64,000 nt of DNA, taken from assembly GCA_965204735.1 (NCBI GenBank), contig OZ242008.1, forward strand, positions 3,616,001 through 3,680,000, read 5' to 3'. Made by a program: the position numbers and the translations under genes. Source of the DNA: Longimicrobiales bacterium. Lineage in GTDB: Bacteria > Gemmatimonadota > Gemmatimonadetes > Longimicrobiales > Gaopeijiaceae. Under the pieces are notes generated by a model. It was not told where the DNA came from and did not search any database. It saw only the letters and a list, made by a program, of their open reading frames with translations. Positions 20,245 to 30,882 of this stretch are shown piece by piece (position 1 is the stretch's first letter; each line of letters begins with the position of its first letter).

Positions 20245-20940
20245 TCAACCCTCCGGGTGCCGCAAGTCCACGACCAGCCTGGGCTCGCCCCTCATCTCCA
20301 GCATCCGGTACTCGGTGTCGGCGGCCATGCCCAGCAGCCACCGGACGGTCCCGTCGGCGTCGCACGTCTGCACCGCCGCCGTCAGCACCGACATGCCTGG
20401 GGAGAGGTCGCGGTCCGCCACCAGCGCGCGGCCGCCGGCACCGGCCGTCGCGCCGGTAAGCTCCACCGCCAAGTGGGCAGGCGTGTCGGTCCCGGCCCCG
20501 GCGCCGTCGCAGCCGCCTCCGTCCTCGGTTCCCAGCGCCAGGCGGTACGCGGGCACGTAGTCGCCTTCGAAGGAGAAGATCACCCGGTCGAATCCGTCCA
20601 GCGCTTCGGTCGAAACGCCCGCCAGGCGGACCGTCTCGTCGGGCGCGGCGGAGTTGGTCACGCGGTTCCGGGTCCAGAAGGTGTTGATGCCGATCTCCGA
20701 CGGGTCCAGGTCGCCGTAGTCGGCTTCGCCGAGCGCCTCCATGGGACTCTCGGTGGAGACGAGGGGGTCGGGCGTCGGCTCGGGGGCGTCGGCGCCGTCG
20801 CCGCATCCGAACCCAGAGACGACGAGGCTCAGGACGACCAGCGCCGGAAGCGGGACCGCATGGGCCCGCAGCCGCGAAGGCCGAGAACGGCCGGATGCTT
20901 CGGTCAAAGATGCGTCACGCAACTTGCTCTCCTTTTTCAC
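20245..20940 (-). CDS. Putative lipoprotein with AMIN-like domain
   Basis: GTGA overlap with the sufS stop; SGFGC; GFDRVIFSFEG, PRLVVDL. Confidence 0.7.
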   Translation of the reverse strand: MKKESKLRDASLTEASGRSRPSRLRAHAVPLPALVVLSLVVSGFGCGDGADAPEPTPDPLVSTESPMEALGEADYGDLDPSEIGINTFWTRNRVTNSAAPDETVRLAGVSTEALDGFDRVIFSFEGDYVPAYRLALGTEDGGGCDGAGAGTDTPAHLAVELTGATAGAGGRALVADRDLSPGMSVLTAAVQTCDADGTVRWLLGMAADTEYRMLEMRGEPRLVVDLRHPEG

Positions 20941-22211
20941 TCCAGCAGCATCTCTCTGGCCCGCTGCACGCCGTCGGCGAGGCGGGCCGCTTCTTCGATC
21001 GTGTTGTACAGGTAGAACGACGCCCGAACGGTCGCCGTGAGACCGTAGCGGTCCACCGCCAGCTGGGCGCAGTGGTGGCCCGCCCGCACGGCGACCCCCT
21101 CGGCGTCCAGGAGCGTGGCCACGTCCTGGGCGGAGGTCCCCTCGATCACGAAGGGCACGACCCCGGCCCGCTCGCCGCCCCGAACCGGCCCGAGGATCCG
21201 CATCCCCTCCACCTGGGAGAGCGCCGCGACCGCTGCCGTTGCCAGCGCCGCCTCGTGGGCGTGCACGGCGTCCAGCCCCACGCCTTCCAGGTACTCCACC
21301 GCCGCGGCCATCCCGACCGCCCCGGCGACGTTGGGAGTGCCGGCTTCGAACTTGTGGGGAACCTCGGCCCACGTGCTGTGGTCCCGGTGCACCCGTTCGA
21401 TCATCTCGCCGCCTCCCTGGTAGGGCGGCATCTCCTCCAAAAGCTCGCGGCGCGCCCACAGCCCGCCGACCCCCGTCGGTCCGCACATCTTGTGGCCGGA
21501 GAAGGCGTAGGCGTCGCAGCCCAGCGACGGCACGTCCAACGGCAGGTGCGGCGCTCCCTGGGCGCCGTCCAGCACGAACGCCGCGCCGGACCGCTCCCGC
21601 ACCATCCGCCCAATCTCGGTCACCGGGTTGATCGTCCCCAGCGCGTTGGAGACGTGGGAGAGGGCCACCACCTTGGTCCGAGCCCCCAGCATCTCCGCCA
21701 GCTGGTCCAGCTCCAGCCGTCCGTCGTCGGTCAGCCCCACGTGCCGCAGCTTCGCTCCCGACCGGGCCGCCAGAAGCTGCCAGGGCACCAAGTTCGAGTG
21801 GTGCTCCATCTCGGAGACGACGATCTCGTCCCCCGCGCCGACCCGAGCTTGCCCAAGCGAGAACGCCAGCAAGTTGAGCGACTCGCTGGTCCCTCGGGTC
21901 CACACCACTTCGTCGGCGGCCGCGTTCAGCCAGCGGGCGACCCGATCCCGGGCGCCTTCGTAGGCTTCCGTCGCCCGGCGCGCCAGCTCGTGCACGCCCC
22001 GATGCACGTTGGCGTGGTCCCGGCAGTAATAGGCGCCGATCGCCTCCACGACCTGCCGCGGCTTCTGAGACGACGCTGCGTTGTCCAGGTAGACCAGCGG
22101 CTTGCCCATGACCGTCTGGTCGAGTATGGGGAAGTCCCGGCGGACGGCGGCCACGTCGAAGGGCGACGAAGCGACGGGGCCGACGCCGCTGCCGGCCGCG
22201 GGCCCGCTCAC
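20937..22211 (-). CDS. sufS: Cysteine desulfurase SufS
   Basis: LVYLDNAASSQKP, NVHRGVH, FSGHKMCGPTG, RAGHHCA. Confidence 0.95.
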   Translation of the reverse strand: MSGPAAGSGVGPVASSPFDVAAVRRDFPILDQTVMGKPLVYLDNAASSQKPRQVVEAIGAYYCRDHANVHRGVHELARRATEAYEGARDRVARWLNAAADEVVWTRGTSESLNLLAFSLGQARVGAGDEIVVSEMEHHSNLVPWQLLAARSGAKLRHVGLTDDGRLELDQLAEMLGARTKVVALSHVSNALGTINPVTEIGRMVRERSGAAFVLDGAQGAPHLPLDVPSLGCDAYAFSGHKMCGPTGVGGLWARRELLEEMPPYQGGGEMIERVHRDHSTWAEVPHKFEAGTPNVAGAVGMAAAVEYLEGVGLDAVHAHEAALATAAVAALSQVEGMRILGPVRGGERAGVVPFVIEGTSAQDVATLLDAEGVAVRAGHHCAQLAVDRYGLTATVRASFYLYNTIEEAARLADGVQRAREMLLE

Positions 22212-22228
22212 TCGGCTCGCCCCGTCCG

Positions 22229-22268
22229 GCGCGGTCCCGAACCAAGCGCGGTCCCGAACCAAGCGCGG
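22229..22268. repeat. 17-bp direct tandem repeat, intergenic
   Basis: gcgcggtcccgaaccaa x2 plus gcgcgg. Confidence 0.85.
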
Positions 22269-22277
22269 GCACACGTC

Positions 22278-22634
22278 CTACCCCAGCCGAAGGTACACCT
22301 CGCCATCCACCAGCTCGGCGTCGTAGGCGCGCACCGGCCGCACCGCCGGCAAGCGGGTCGCGCGCCCGGTGCGCACGTCGAACGTCGCCCCGTGAAAGGC
22401 GCACTCGAGCTCGCAGCCCTCCAGCTCTCCCGACGACAGGGGAAAGTCCTGGTGGGAGCATCGGTCCTCCAGCGCGTAGAAGCTTCCGTCCACGTTGGCC
22501 AGCACGATCCTCGCGCCCTTTGCGCCCACGGCCTTGATCTCGCCGGGAGGCACGTGGTCCGCGGCCGCCACCCGGGTCCAGCCGTCGCCCGGCGGACCAT
22601 CGCCCCCGTCGGAGGTGCCAGCTCCGTCAGACAT
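22278..22634 (-). CDS. Rieske-type [2Fe-2S] ferredoxin
   Basis: CSH...CAFH, FDVRTG. Confidence 0.93.
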   Translation of the reverse strand: MSDGAGTSDGGDGPPGDGWTRVAAADHVPPGEIKAVGAKGARIVLANVDGSFYALEDRCSHQDFPLSSGELEGCELECAFHGATFDVRTGRATRLPAVRPVRAYDAELVDGEVYLRLG

Positions 22635-24060
22635 GCCGCAGCTTGGCCTCGATCGCCCTCGTCACCTTCTCGGCGACGCCGCCCAGCGGCAGCTTCAAGA
22701 GGACCTCGCCCAGGAACCCCAGCACCACCAGGCGCTCGGCCTGTTCCCGCGCCAGCCCTCGGCTCATCAGGTAGAAGAGGGCCTCGGCGTCCAGCTGGCC
22801 CACCGTGGCGCCGTGGGAGCAGCGAACGTCGTCGGCGCCGATCTCCAAGTTGGGCAGCGAAGTGGCCACCGCCTGGTCCGACAGCACCAGGTTGCGGTTC
22901 GTCTGGTAGGCGTCGGTGCCCTGGGCGCCCTTGTGGACCCGGATGATCCCCCGGAAGACGCCCCGCGCGCGCCCGTCCAGCGCGCCCTTGTAGAGGAGGT
23001 CGCTGTGGGCGTTCGGCGCAACGTGGTCCTGGCTGGTGTTGAAGTCGAAGTGCTGGTCGTCGTCGCCGAAGTAGAGGCCCAGCATGTCGCTGTTGGCGCC
23101 GGGTCCCAGCAGCCGGGCGTTCAAGTCCACCCGCCCCACGGAGCCGCCCAGGGCGACGTTCAGTGTGTCCAGCGTCGAGTCCCGCTCCGCCAGCGTCCGC
23201 TGGTTGGCCAAGTAGAAGCCGCCGCGGCCCAGCTGCTGGAGCGACACGTACTGGACCTGGGCGCCCTGCCGGGCGAAGACCTCCACCGCCGTGGCGACCA
23301 GGGCCGTGCCTTCCTCGAAGTCGGGCGAGAGCGCCTCGTCCACGAACGAGACCCGGCTCCCTTCCTCCGCCACCAGCAGAACCCGGGTCACCGCCGCCGT
23401 ACCGGGGCGCGAGACCCAGCGGCTCAGCCGGATCGGGCGGTCCAGGGCGACGCCCCGAGGCACCCGCAGGAAGACGCCGTCGGTCCAGAGGGCGGCGTTC
23501 AGCGCTGGAAACTTCCCGTCGGAGGCGGGCACGGCCTCGGTGGCCAGCAGCGGCTCCACGCCTTCGTCCCCGTCTTGGGCGGCTTGGCGAAGGGACTTGA
23601 GGACCACGCCCCGAGCCGCCGCCTCGTCGTCCAGCTCCACGGCGACCACCGAGCCGTCCAGGAGCCCGATCCTTCCGGCAAGGCGCTCCCGGCCCCGGTC
23701 CATGGCGGTCCGCAGGGGGCTGGGAAGCGCGCTTGCGCTGGCCAAGGCGCTTCCTCCGCCCGCCGGTCCCTCGTCGCCTGCTCCTGCGTCCCCCGAAAGG
23801 GCCAGCGCAAGCTCTTCCAAAGGCAGCATCCGCGCCACGTCGGTGTACCGCCACTCCTCCGATCGCGTCGAGGGCATCGGCGCTGCTTCGTAGAGCTCCC
23901 ACGCCTCCTCCCGGCGCGCCCGGAGCCATTGCGGGTCTCCGGCGCCCGCTTCGCGCACTGCGGCAGCGGCAACAGCCGTCGCCCGCCTCCCGCGGGAGGC
24001 CCGGGACGCTTCCGACTCCAGGCACTCCTCCTCTCGAACCGCCGTCGCGTTGCTCGCCAT
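22627..24060 (-). CDS. sufD: Fe-S assembly protein SufD
   Basis: EEWRYT, GVFRGII, PNLEIGADDVRCSHGATVGQLD, FYLMSRG. Confidence 0.95.
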   Translation of the reverse strand: MASNATAVREEECLESEASRASRGRRATAVAAAAVREAGAGDPQWLRARREEAWELYEAAPMPSTRSEEWRYTDVARMLPLEELALALSGDAGAGDEGPAGGGSALASASALPSPLRTAMDRGRERLAGRIGLLDGSVVAVELDDEAAARGVVLKSLRQAAQDGDEGVEPLLATEAVPASDGKFPALNAALWTDGVFLRVPRGVALDRPIRLSRWVSRPGTAAVTRVLLVAEEGSRVSFVDEALSPDFEEGTALVATAVEVFARQGAQVQYVSLQQLGRGGFYLANQRTLAERDSTLDTLNVALGGSVGRVDLNARLLGPGANSDMLGLYFGDDDQHFDFNTSQDHVAPNAHSDLLYKGALDGRARGVFRGIIRVHKGAQGTDAYQTNRNLVLSDQAVATSLPNLEIGADDVRCSHGATVGQLDAEALFYLMSRGLAREQAERLVVLGFLGEVLLKLPLGGVAEKVTRAIEAKLRHV

Positions 24061-24065
24061 CTGCG

Positions 24066-25481
24066 CTACCCGACGCTCCCTTCCATCTCCAGCTCGATCA
24101 GCCGGTTGAGCTCGACGGCGTACTCGAGCGGCAGCTCCTTGGCGATCGGCTCGATGAACCCGCGCACGATCAGCGCCATCGCCTCCGCCTCGTCCATCCC
24201 CCGGCTCATCAGGTAGAAGAGCTGCTCGTCGCCCACCTTGGAGACCGTGGCCTCGTGGCCCACCGTGGCGCTCTTCTCGTCGATCTCGATGTAGGGGAAG
24301 GTGTCGGTCCGGGACGTCTCGTTGATGAGGAGCGCGTCGCACTCCACGTTGGAGCGCGCTTGCCGGGCGCCGTCGTAGACCTTGCACAGGCCTCGGTACG
24401 AGGAGCGCCCGGTCCCCTTGGAGATCGACTTCGACACGATGCTGGACGACGTGTTCGGCGCCACGTGGATCACCTTGCCCCCGGTGTCCTGGTGCTGCCC
24501 GTCGCCTGCGTAGGCGATCGACAGGATGTCGCCGTGGGCGCCTTCGCCCACCAGGAAGCACGACGGGTACTTCATCGTCAGCTTCGACCCCAGGTTTCCG
24601 TCCAGCCACTCCATGTGCGCTCCCTCGTGCACCAGCGCCCGCTGGGTCACCAGGTTGTACATGTTGTTGGACCAGTTCTGGATCGTCGTGTAGCGGAAGT
24701 AGGCGTTGGGCTCCACCACGATCTCGATCACGCCCGAGTGGAAGGAGTCGGTGGAGTAGACCGGCGCCGTGCATCCTTCGATGTAGTGCGCCCGCGACCC
24801 TTCGCCGGCGATGATCAGCGTCCGCTCGAACTGGCCCAGCCGCTCCTGGTTGACCCGGAAGTACGCCTGCAGCGGCGTGTCCAGCTGCACCCCCGGCGGT
24901 ATGTAGACGAAGGACCCGCCGGACCAGACCGCCGAGTTGAGGGCCGCGAACTTGTTGTCGGCGGCGGGAATGACGGTCCCGAAGTGCTTGCGGAAGAGCT
25001 CGGGGTGGTTCTTCAGCCCGTCCTCGATGGAGTCGAAGATCACGCCCTTGGACTCCCACTCCTCCTTCAGCGAGTGGTAGACCATCTCGGAGTCGTACTG
25101 GGCGCCCACTCCGGCCAGGATCTTGCGCTCGGCCTCGGGTATGCCGAGCCGCTCGAAGGTCTCCTTGATGTTGTCGGGCACGTCGTCCCAGGAGCGCTCC
25201 ATCTTCTCCTGGGGCTTCACGTAGAAGTAGGTCTGGGCCAGCGTCTCCTGAAGCTCCGAGAGGTCGCCGCCCCAGCCGGGCATCGGCTTCGCTTCGTAGA
25301 CCTTCAGCGCCTTGAGGCGGGAAGCCAGCATCCACTCGGGCTCTTCCTTGCGGCCCGAGATCTGGCGGACGATTTCGTCGTCCAGGCCCGGTCGCGTGCG
25401 GAACACCGGCTTGGAGTCGGTGACGAACCCGAACTTGTAGTCGTCGAGTCCCAGGCCGTGAACGACTTCGTTCTGGGGCAT
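24066..25481 (-). CDS. sufB: Fe-S assembly protein SufB
   Basis: [39 protein letters not shown]. Confidence 0.97.
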   Translation of the reverse strand: MPQNEVVHGLGLDDYKFGFVTDSKPVFRTRPGLDDEIVRQISGRKEEPEWMLASRLKALKVYEAKPMPGWGGDLSELQETLAQTYFYVKPQEKMERSWDDVPDNIKETFERLGIPEAERKILAGVGAQYDSEMVYHSLKEEWESKGVIFDSIEDGLKNHPELFRKHFGTVIPAADNKFAALNSAVWSGGSFVYIPPGVQLDTPLQAYFRVNQERLGQFERTLIIAGEGSRAHYIEGCTAPVYSTDSFHSGVIEIVVEPNAYFRYTTIQNWSNNMYNLVTQRALVHEGAHMEWLDGNLGSKLTMKYPSCFLVGEGAHGDILSIAYAGDGQHQDTGGKVIHVAPNTSSSIVSKSISKGTGRSSYRGLCKVYDGARQARSNVECDALLINETSRTDTFPYIEIDEKSATVGHEATVSKVGDEQLFYLMSRGMDEAEAMALIVRGFIEPIAKELPLEYAVELNRLIELEMEGSVG

Positions 25482-25504
25482 TGCTTCTCTCCTTTCGTCT
25501 TTCG

Positions 25505-26278
<774 letters not shown>

Positions 26279-26445
26279 TTGCAAGAAGTCTCCGAATCGG
26301 AATACGATTTGGGCCGTGGGCCGAGCGACGGGCCGCGGCGTCGGGCCTGAAGCGGCCCCCCAGCAGACCCGGCAAGTTACCCTCTACCGGTATGGGGGTC
26401 AACGCCTCTCGGACCGCCATCTTCGCCTGGAAGCGGGGCAACTCC

Positions 26446-27309
26446 ATGTCGGACAAGGACTTCGGCCCAGCGACGATCGGACCTCTCGGCCCGCGGCCCT
26501 GGCTGGTGCTGGGCGGCGGCGGGGTCAAGGGGCTTGCGCACGTGGGCGTGTGGCGGCGGATGGAGGAGGCCGGAGTCTCGGTCGCCGGGATCGTGGGCTG
26601 CTCGATCGGCGCCGTCGTGGGCGCCTGCATTGCCGCTGGAATGGACCCCGCCGAGATGTCCCGGGTGGCTCTCGGGCTCCGGCGCTCCGACATCATCCGG
26701 CTGAACCGCCGCGCCGCCTGGATCAGCGGCATCAAGGCGGTGAGCGTCTTCCGGGGCGACGCGCTGCGCGACTACGTCGAGGGCATCGTCCCCGCCCGGG
26801 AGTGGTCGGATCTGCGCCTGCCCTTGCTGGTGAACGCCGTGGACCTGGACACCGGTCGGACTGTGTGGTTCGGCCCAGGCGCCCGGACCGACGTGTCGTT
26901 GGTGGACGCGCTGTACGCCTCCGCCGCCCTGCCGGTGCTGTACCCGCCCCTTGAACACGACGGCTCCTTCTACGTGGACGGTGGGCTGGATCAGGTGGTG
27001 CCGGTGGACCGCGCAGTGGCGGCGGGCGCCTCGGGCGTGGTGGCCGTGGACGTGGTGGGAACGGGCCGATGGACCGGGGCCGACGTTGTGCGGGAGGGGA
27101 TGGTGGCAATTCACCAGCGCGCGATGGGGATCATGATCCGCAACCGTCGCCGCACCCTGGAGTCGCTGTGGGGCGCCACCCCGACGATCCACGTCGAGCC
27201 CAACCTGGAGGGCTACGGGACGTTCGACTTCGGCGCGGTTCCGTACTTCCTGGAGGAGGGGTACCGAGCGGCGGGGGAGGGGCTGGGGTGGGGCGCTTCC
27301 GGCCGGTAG
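26446..27309 (+). CDS. Patatin-like phospholipase
   Basis: GGGGVKG, GCSIG, YVDGG. Confidence 0.92.
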   Translation: MSDKDFGPATIGPLGPRPWLVLGGGGVKGLAHVGVWRRMEEAGVSVAGIVGCSIGAVVGACIAAGMDPAEMSRVALGLRRSDIIRLNRRAAWISGIKAVSVFRGDALRDYVEGIVPAREWSDLRLPLLVNAVDLDTGRTVWFGPGARTDVSLVDALYASAALPVLYPPLEHDGSFYVDGGLDQVVPVDRAVAAGASGVVAVDVVGTGRWTGADVVREGMVAIHQRAMGIMIRNRRRTLESLWGATPTIHVEPNLEGYGTFDFGAVPYFLEEGYRAAGEGLGWGASGR

Positions 27310-27489
27310 GAGCCCAGCGATGGACCGGCGATACTCGGTGCCGGTTGCCACTTCCAGGGGGCTTCCGAGCCGCAACCAAGTGGAGACCGGTCGTTCCGCA
27401 GCACCCACTGGCGACCTTGGACACTGGTGTCGGCACGGGATTGGCGTTAGCCTACGGTAGGCCAACCACCTCATCGGGAGACCCAAGCC

Positions 27490-28002
27490 ATGACGTTCCA
27501 CGAACTGTTCCTCGCCTTTTTCCGGCGCGTAACCGCCACGGCAGCCTTCCTCCTCGACCGGATGGACCCGGAGGGGATCAACACCCGAAGAGCAACCGTC
27601 GTACTGCCCCTGGTGGTAGTTTTCGCCGGTAGCACATTCCTCTCGGCATCCCCGGCCACAGTAGTGGACGACACGTCGCGGGGGTGCGACGACCACCACG
27701 TGTCCGACGCTGGCAACGAAGCTGGCGACGAGTGCGGAACATCGGCAACCCGAGTGCCCGATCCCGTCGGCACGACATCCGGGCCTGCGTCTACAACCAA
27801 TATTGTGCCGTTGCTGCTAGCGCCAGCGGATGGCACGCTGCCTTGTACAGATGCTTCGGCGACCGGCCGAGCACCGTTGCTACATCCTTGCCTCAGAGCC
27901 GCAGAGGTTGCTCAATGGGCGTGCGAGAGGTTTGGCTACGGAAGTAGGTCCTGTTTAGCTGCTCTAGGTGTTTTTCTGTTTGTCTGCGGCCTATACTATT
28001 AA
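27490..28002 (+). CDS. Hypothetical exported Cys-rich protein
   Basis: GGAG RBS; hydrophobic stretch VVLPLVVVFAG; C-terminal C-x10-C-x9-C-x10-C. Confidence 0.55.
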   Translation: MTFHELFLAFFRRVTATAAFLLDRMDPEGINTRRATVVLPLVVVFAGSTFLSASPATVVDDTSRGCDDHHVSDAGNEAGDECGTSATRVPDPVGTTSGPASTTNIVPLLLAPADGTLPCTDASATGRAPLLHPCLRAAEVAQWACERFGYGSRSCLAALGVFLFVCGLYY

Positions 28003-28047
28003 GTGGGCAGAACCCACAAAGTCCCAGCCTAGCCTAAGCCGCCTAAA

Positions 28048-29379
28048 GTGGCCGGTGCTCGGACGGGACGCTTGCTAGCCGTAGCCACGCGATGGACTCA
28101 TTCGCAATTCGGTCGAAGTGGCTCCGAGAGGGTAGATCTGGTTTCGACCGCCCTCGTGGTCGCTCTAGTCGGCATTGCCTCCATGGCTAACAATCTGCGC
28201 GCCCAGGAGCAGTTGCCCAGCCAAGACCGGCATCTGATTGCGGACTTTGAGGAATTGTACCGTGTCGGCGCGCCCGATGTTCTTCTCAGCGACATCCGCA
28301 CGACCGAGTTTGCACACGACGGCACACTTTATCTTCTGGACGCGCTATCCGTGTCCGACGTGCAGCTCATGGCGGTCAGTGATGACGGCAAGTCCGTGCG
28401 CACAATTGGCCAACCTGGAGGCGGTCCAGGCGAGTTTAGGGGCATTCCTCATTTTAGCCCACTGTCGGATGGACGACTAGCGGTATTCGACCCAGGACAC
28501 AATGCATATCATATATTTTCCTCCGAAGGCGTACTCGACGGCATGGTTGACGCAGGTGGCGTTGGGCCGGCGGCTAGCTTTGGCAGCATGGCGCGCTCCA
28601 TCCGTCCAGACCGCCTAGGAACTGGTTTTCTGATGGTGAGCCCGGTCACTTGGGATACGTCCGGCGAAGAGTGGACTGTCGACAGCCGAGACAGGACAAT
28701 CGCACGCATACGACTAAACGGACCCGGCGGTGTCGAGACCGACACTGTCCTGTCCGCATGGACTCCACCCTACAGCAATTCCGAACTCGACATTGGAGGA
28801 CAAACGCTCACCATTAGAGGCGGTCTTCTCTTTGAGCCGCAACTTCACTTTGACGCCTTGGCCGGCGGCGACATCGTGTATGTTGAGTCGGCTGCCTATG
28901 AAGTCAAGGTTGCTAATCGGGACGGACGCCTCCTACGCATCATCCGCAGACCGTTTAGAGCTCAACCTGTAACGGACGAGATTCGCGAGGCTGTGAAGGA
29001 GCAGCAGATTCGCAGCTTCAATGCCGAGGTGGGCGGATCAGAGTTCTTTGGGGCGGAGCAGCTTTCCGATCTACTGACGTTCTATCACGAGATTCCTGTC
29101 GTGGAAGGCCTGAAGGCCGGATGGTCAAAAGCGATCTGGGTGCAACGTCGGCATCCTGATGTCCTGTGGAGGCCTGTCAATTCCCGAAACGACGAGGAGT
29201 ACCCTCCCGGGCCCGTCGACGTTCTATCGTTGGATGGAGAATACATCGGAACCTTCGCATCCGACGAGATGACGATGCCCTTGGCACTTGGCCCCGACGG
29301 CTTGGTGGCCACTGCGGAGTACGACGCCTTCGGCGTGCCGACCCTGGTGGTAAAGCGGCTGCCCCAGGCGCTTCGCTGA
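28048..29379 (+). CDS. Six-bladed beta-propeller (NHL/TolB-like) secreted protein
   Basis: DGTLYLLD, IGQPGGGPGEF, GRLAVFD, DVLSLDGEYIG; start uncertain. Confidence 0.85.
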   Translation: MAGARTGRLLAVATRWTHSQFGRSGSERVDLVSTALVVALVGIASMANNLRAQEQLPSQDRHLIADFEELYRVGAPDVLLSDIRTTEFAHDGTLYLLDALSVSDVQLMAVSDDGKSVRTIGQPGGGPGEFRGIPHFSPLSDGRLAVFDPGHNAYHIFSSEGVLDGMVDAGGVGPAASFGSMARSIRPDRLGTGFLMVSPVTWDTSGEEWTVDSRDRTIARIRLNGPGGVETDTVLSAWTPPYSNSELDIGGQTLTIRGGLLFEPQLHFDALAGGDIVYVESAAYEVKVANRDGRLLRIIRRPFRAQPVTDEIREAVKEQQIRSFNAEVGGSEFFGAEQLSDLLTFYHEIPVVEGLKAGWSKAIWVQRRHPDVLWRPVNSRNDEEYPPGPVDVLSLDGEYIGTFASDEMTMPLALGPDGLVATAEYDAFGVPTLVVKRLPQALR

Positions 29380-29385
29380 ACGGTC

Positions 29386-29409
29386 CGTCAAGCGACAACC
29401 AGTTGAGAT
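29386..29409 (+). mobile_element. Solo IS21 subtype-B terminus relic
   Basis: cgtcaagcgacaaccagttgaga resembles the end tgtcgaacgacaaccaagttgaga (reverse complement at 3387-3410). Confidence 0.5.
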
Positions 29410-29489
29410 GGTAGACGACGACTCGGGCCGGCGACGCGATCACGGGCACGGCTGTATGGAGTCCGTTTAATTCTATATGTGCAAGGAGC

Positions 29490-30881
29490 TTATACCCATG
29501 GCGGCGGGAGACCGGGCGGTGGAGGGCCGGGGGGCGGCATTGGCTTGGGAAGCGTAATGCCGCTTATGTCGAACGGATCGAACGACAATCCATAAGCCAC
29601 AGCAAGCCTGTGCCAGCAAGCATCGTCGATCGCTAGCGCCTCCAGGTCATGGGGCCGGGGCAGCGGCACTTGGCGGATCGCAAACTTCCATTCCATCTGC
29701 TCAAAATGTCTGGCTACATCCATGTACAGTTTATAGGTTGCGCCACCGCCCACGAGAAACAACCGACCTGGCCACCGCAAGCTGAACGTGCCTGTTTTGC
29801 GAATTGTCTTTCCGACGGCGTACACGATTCGACGGTGAAACGGCTCAACGATATCCCTAAGCTCCGCTAGCGAGATGCCGCACTCTTTGGCGATTCGCGC
29901 CTCCGACGGCAAATGTCTGAAGGGCGGCAATGCAAGGTCGTGATTGGAGCCCATGCGTATCCAATCTCCCAGATACCGCATGCCAAGTGGCCTTACGGTG
30001 CTTGCCCAAATCGGGACCTCGACATCTGGAGACAGCACTTGAAACACAGTTATGTCCAGAGTTCCACCGCCCACATCCACCAAAACGTGCACGCCCTCCT
30101 GACGCTGCTTGGACTTCTCGTAGCTGGCCACCTGTGCAACGATCTCCGGGAAAACGTTGATCCGGTCCGATCCGTTCTCGATCTCGCCTTGCAGCGCTTG
30201 CCTGCATCGGTCAAGTGTCAGCGGGCTATCGGTTCCGTCCGATCTCATTTCCTCCGCCAAGCCCCAAGCCACTTCGGCACTGCGACGATAAGCGTCCACC
30301 AAGCCCCTTACGCCTTCCGATCCACCGCCGTAGCTCTCCGTGGGGACGCCCAAGTTCACCAGCCAGTCCAAGCGTCCGATCAGCAGGCTGCCCTCCGACT
30401 CGTCGACCTTCTTCTGGACCTGCCTGAACAACAACGCCAAGAAGGCAGTCAACGGGAGCCGCACGCGCTCGTCGGTCTTGCCGTCGATCAACGGCCTCTT
30501 GATGTCGTCGTAGCACTCACTCGCGCCGTCGTGCACTCCCAGGCGGCACTCGCCGCTTGGCATGACAGTCACGGCCGTGGGCAGCAGATGGGGGTTGTCC
30601 TCGCCTCCAGGCGCATTGAACGAGACCGCCACACGTCGACCTCGCATCGAGACGACGACCTTCGACAGCGACGTCCCCACATCCACCCCCATCACCAGCT
30701 GCTGCTCCCGTTCTCCGCCCGAGACGGCGTGCCCGGTCCCGCTTCTGCCGGACGGTCGCGAGCCAAGCCCCGACGAGCTCTCCGTCTTCGGCTTCCGCTG
30801 CGTTGTGGCGGGAGGGTGCTTGTTCTGCCTCGCCGCCCGACCGGGCCGGAGCCAACCCGTCAGCCGCTCGAAGAAACCCAT
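29490..30881 (-). CDS. Actin/Hsp70-fold ATPase-like protein
   Basis: Phosphate-1 GVDVGTSLSKV, VNLGVP, FPE, phosphate-2 LVDVGGGTLD, adenosine LVGGGA. Confidence 0.8.
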   Translation of the reverse strand: MGFFERLTGWLRPGRAARQNKHPPATTQRKPKTESSSGLGSRPSGRSGTGHAVSGGEREQQLVMGVDVGTSLSKVVVSMRGRRVAVSFNAPGGEDNPHLLPTAVTVMPSGECRLGVHDGASECYDDIKRPLIDGKTDERVRLPLTAFLALLFRQVQKKVDESEGSLLIGRLDWLVNLGVPTESYGGGSEGVRGLVDAYRRSAEVAWGLAEEMRSDGTDSPLTLDRCRQALQGEIENGSDRINVFPEIVAQVASYEKSKQRQEGVHVLVDVGGGTLDITVFQVLSPDVEVPIWASTVRPLGMRYLGDWIRMGSNHDLALPPFRHLPSEARIAKECGISLAELRDIVEPFHRRIVYAVGKTIRKTGTFSLRWPGRLFLVGGGATYKLYMDVARHFEQMEWKFAIRQVPLPRPHDLEALAIDDACWHRLAVAYGLSFDPFDISGITLPKPMPPPGPPPPGLPPPWV

Positions 30882-30882
30882 G

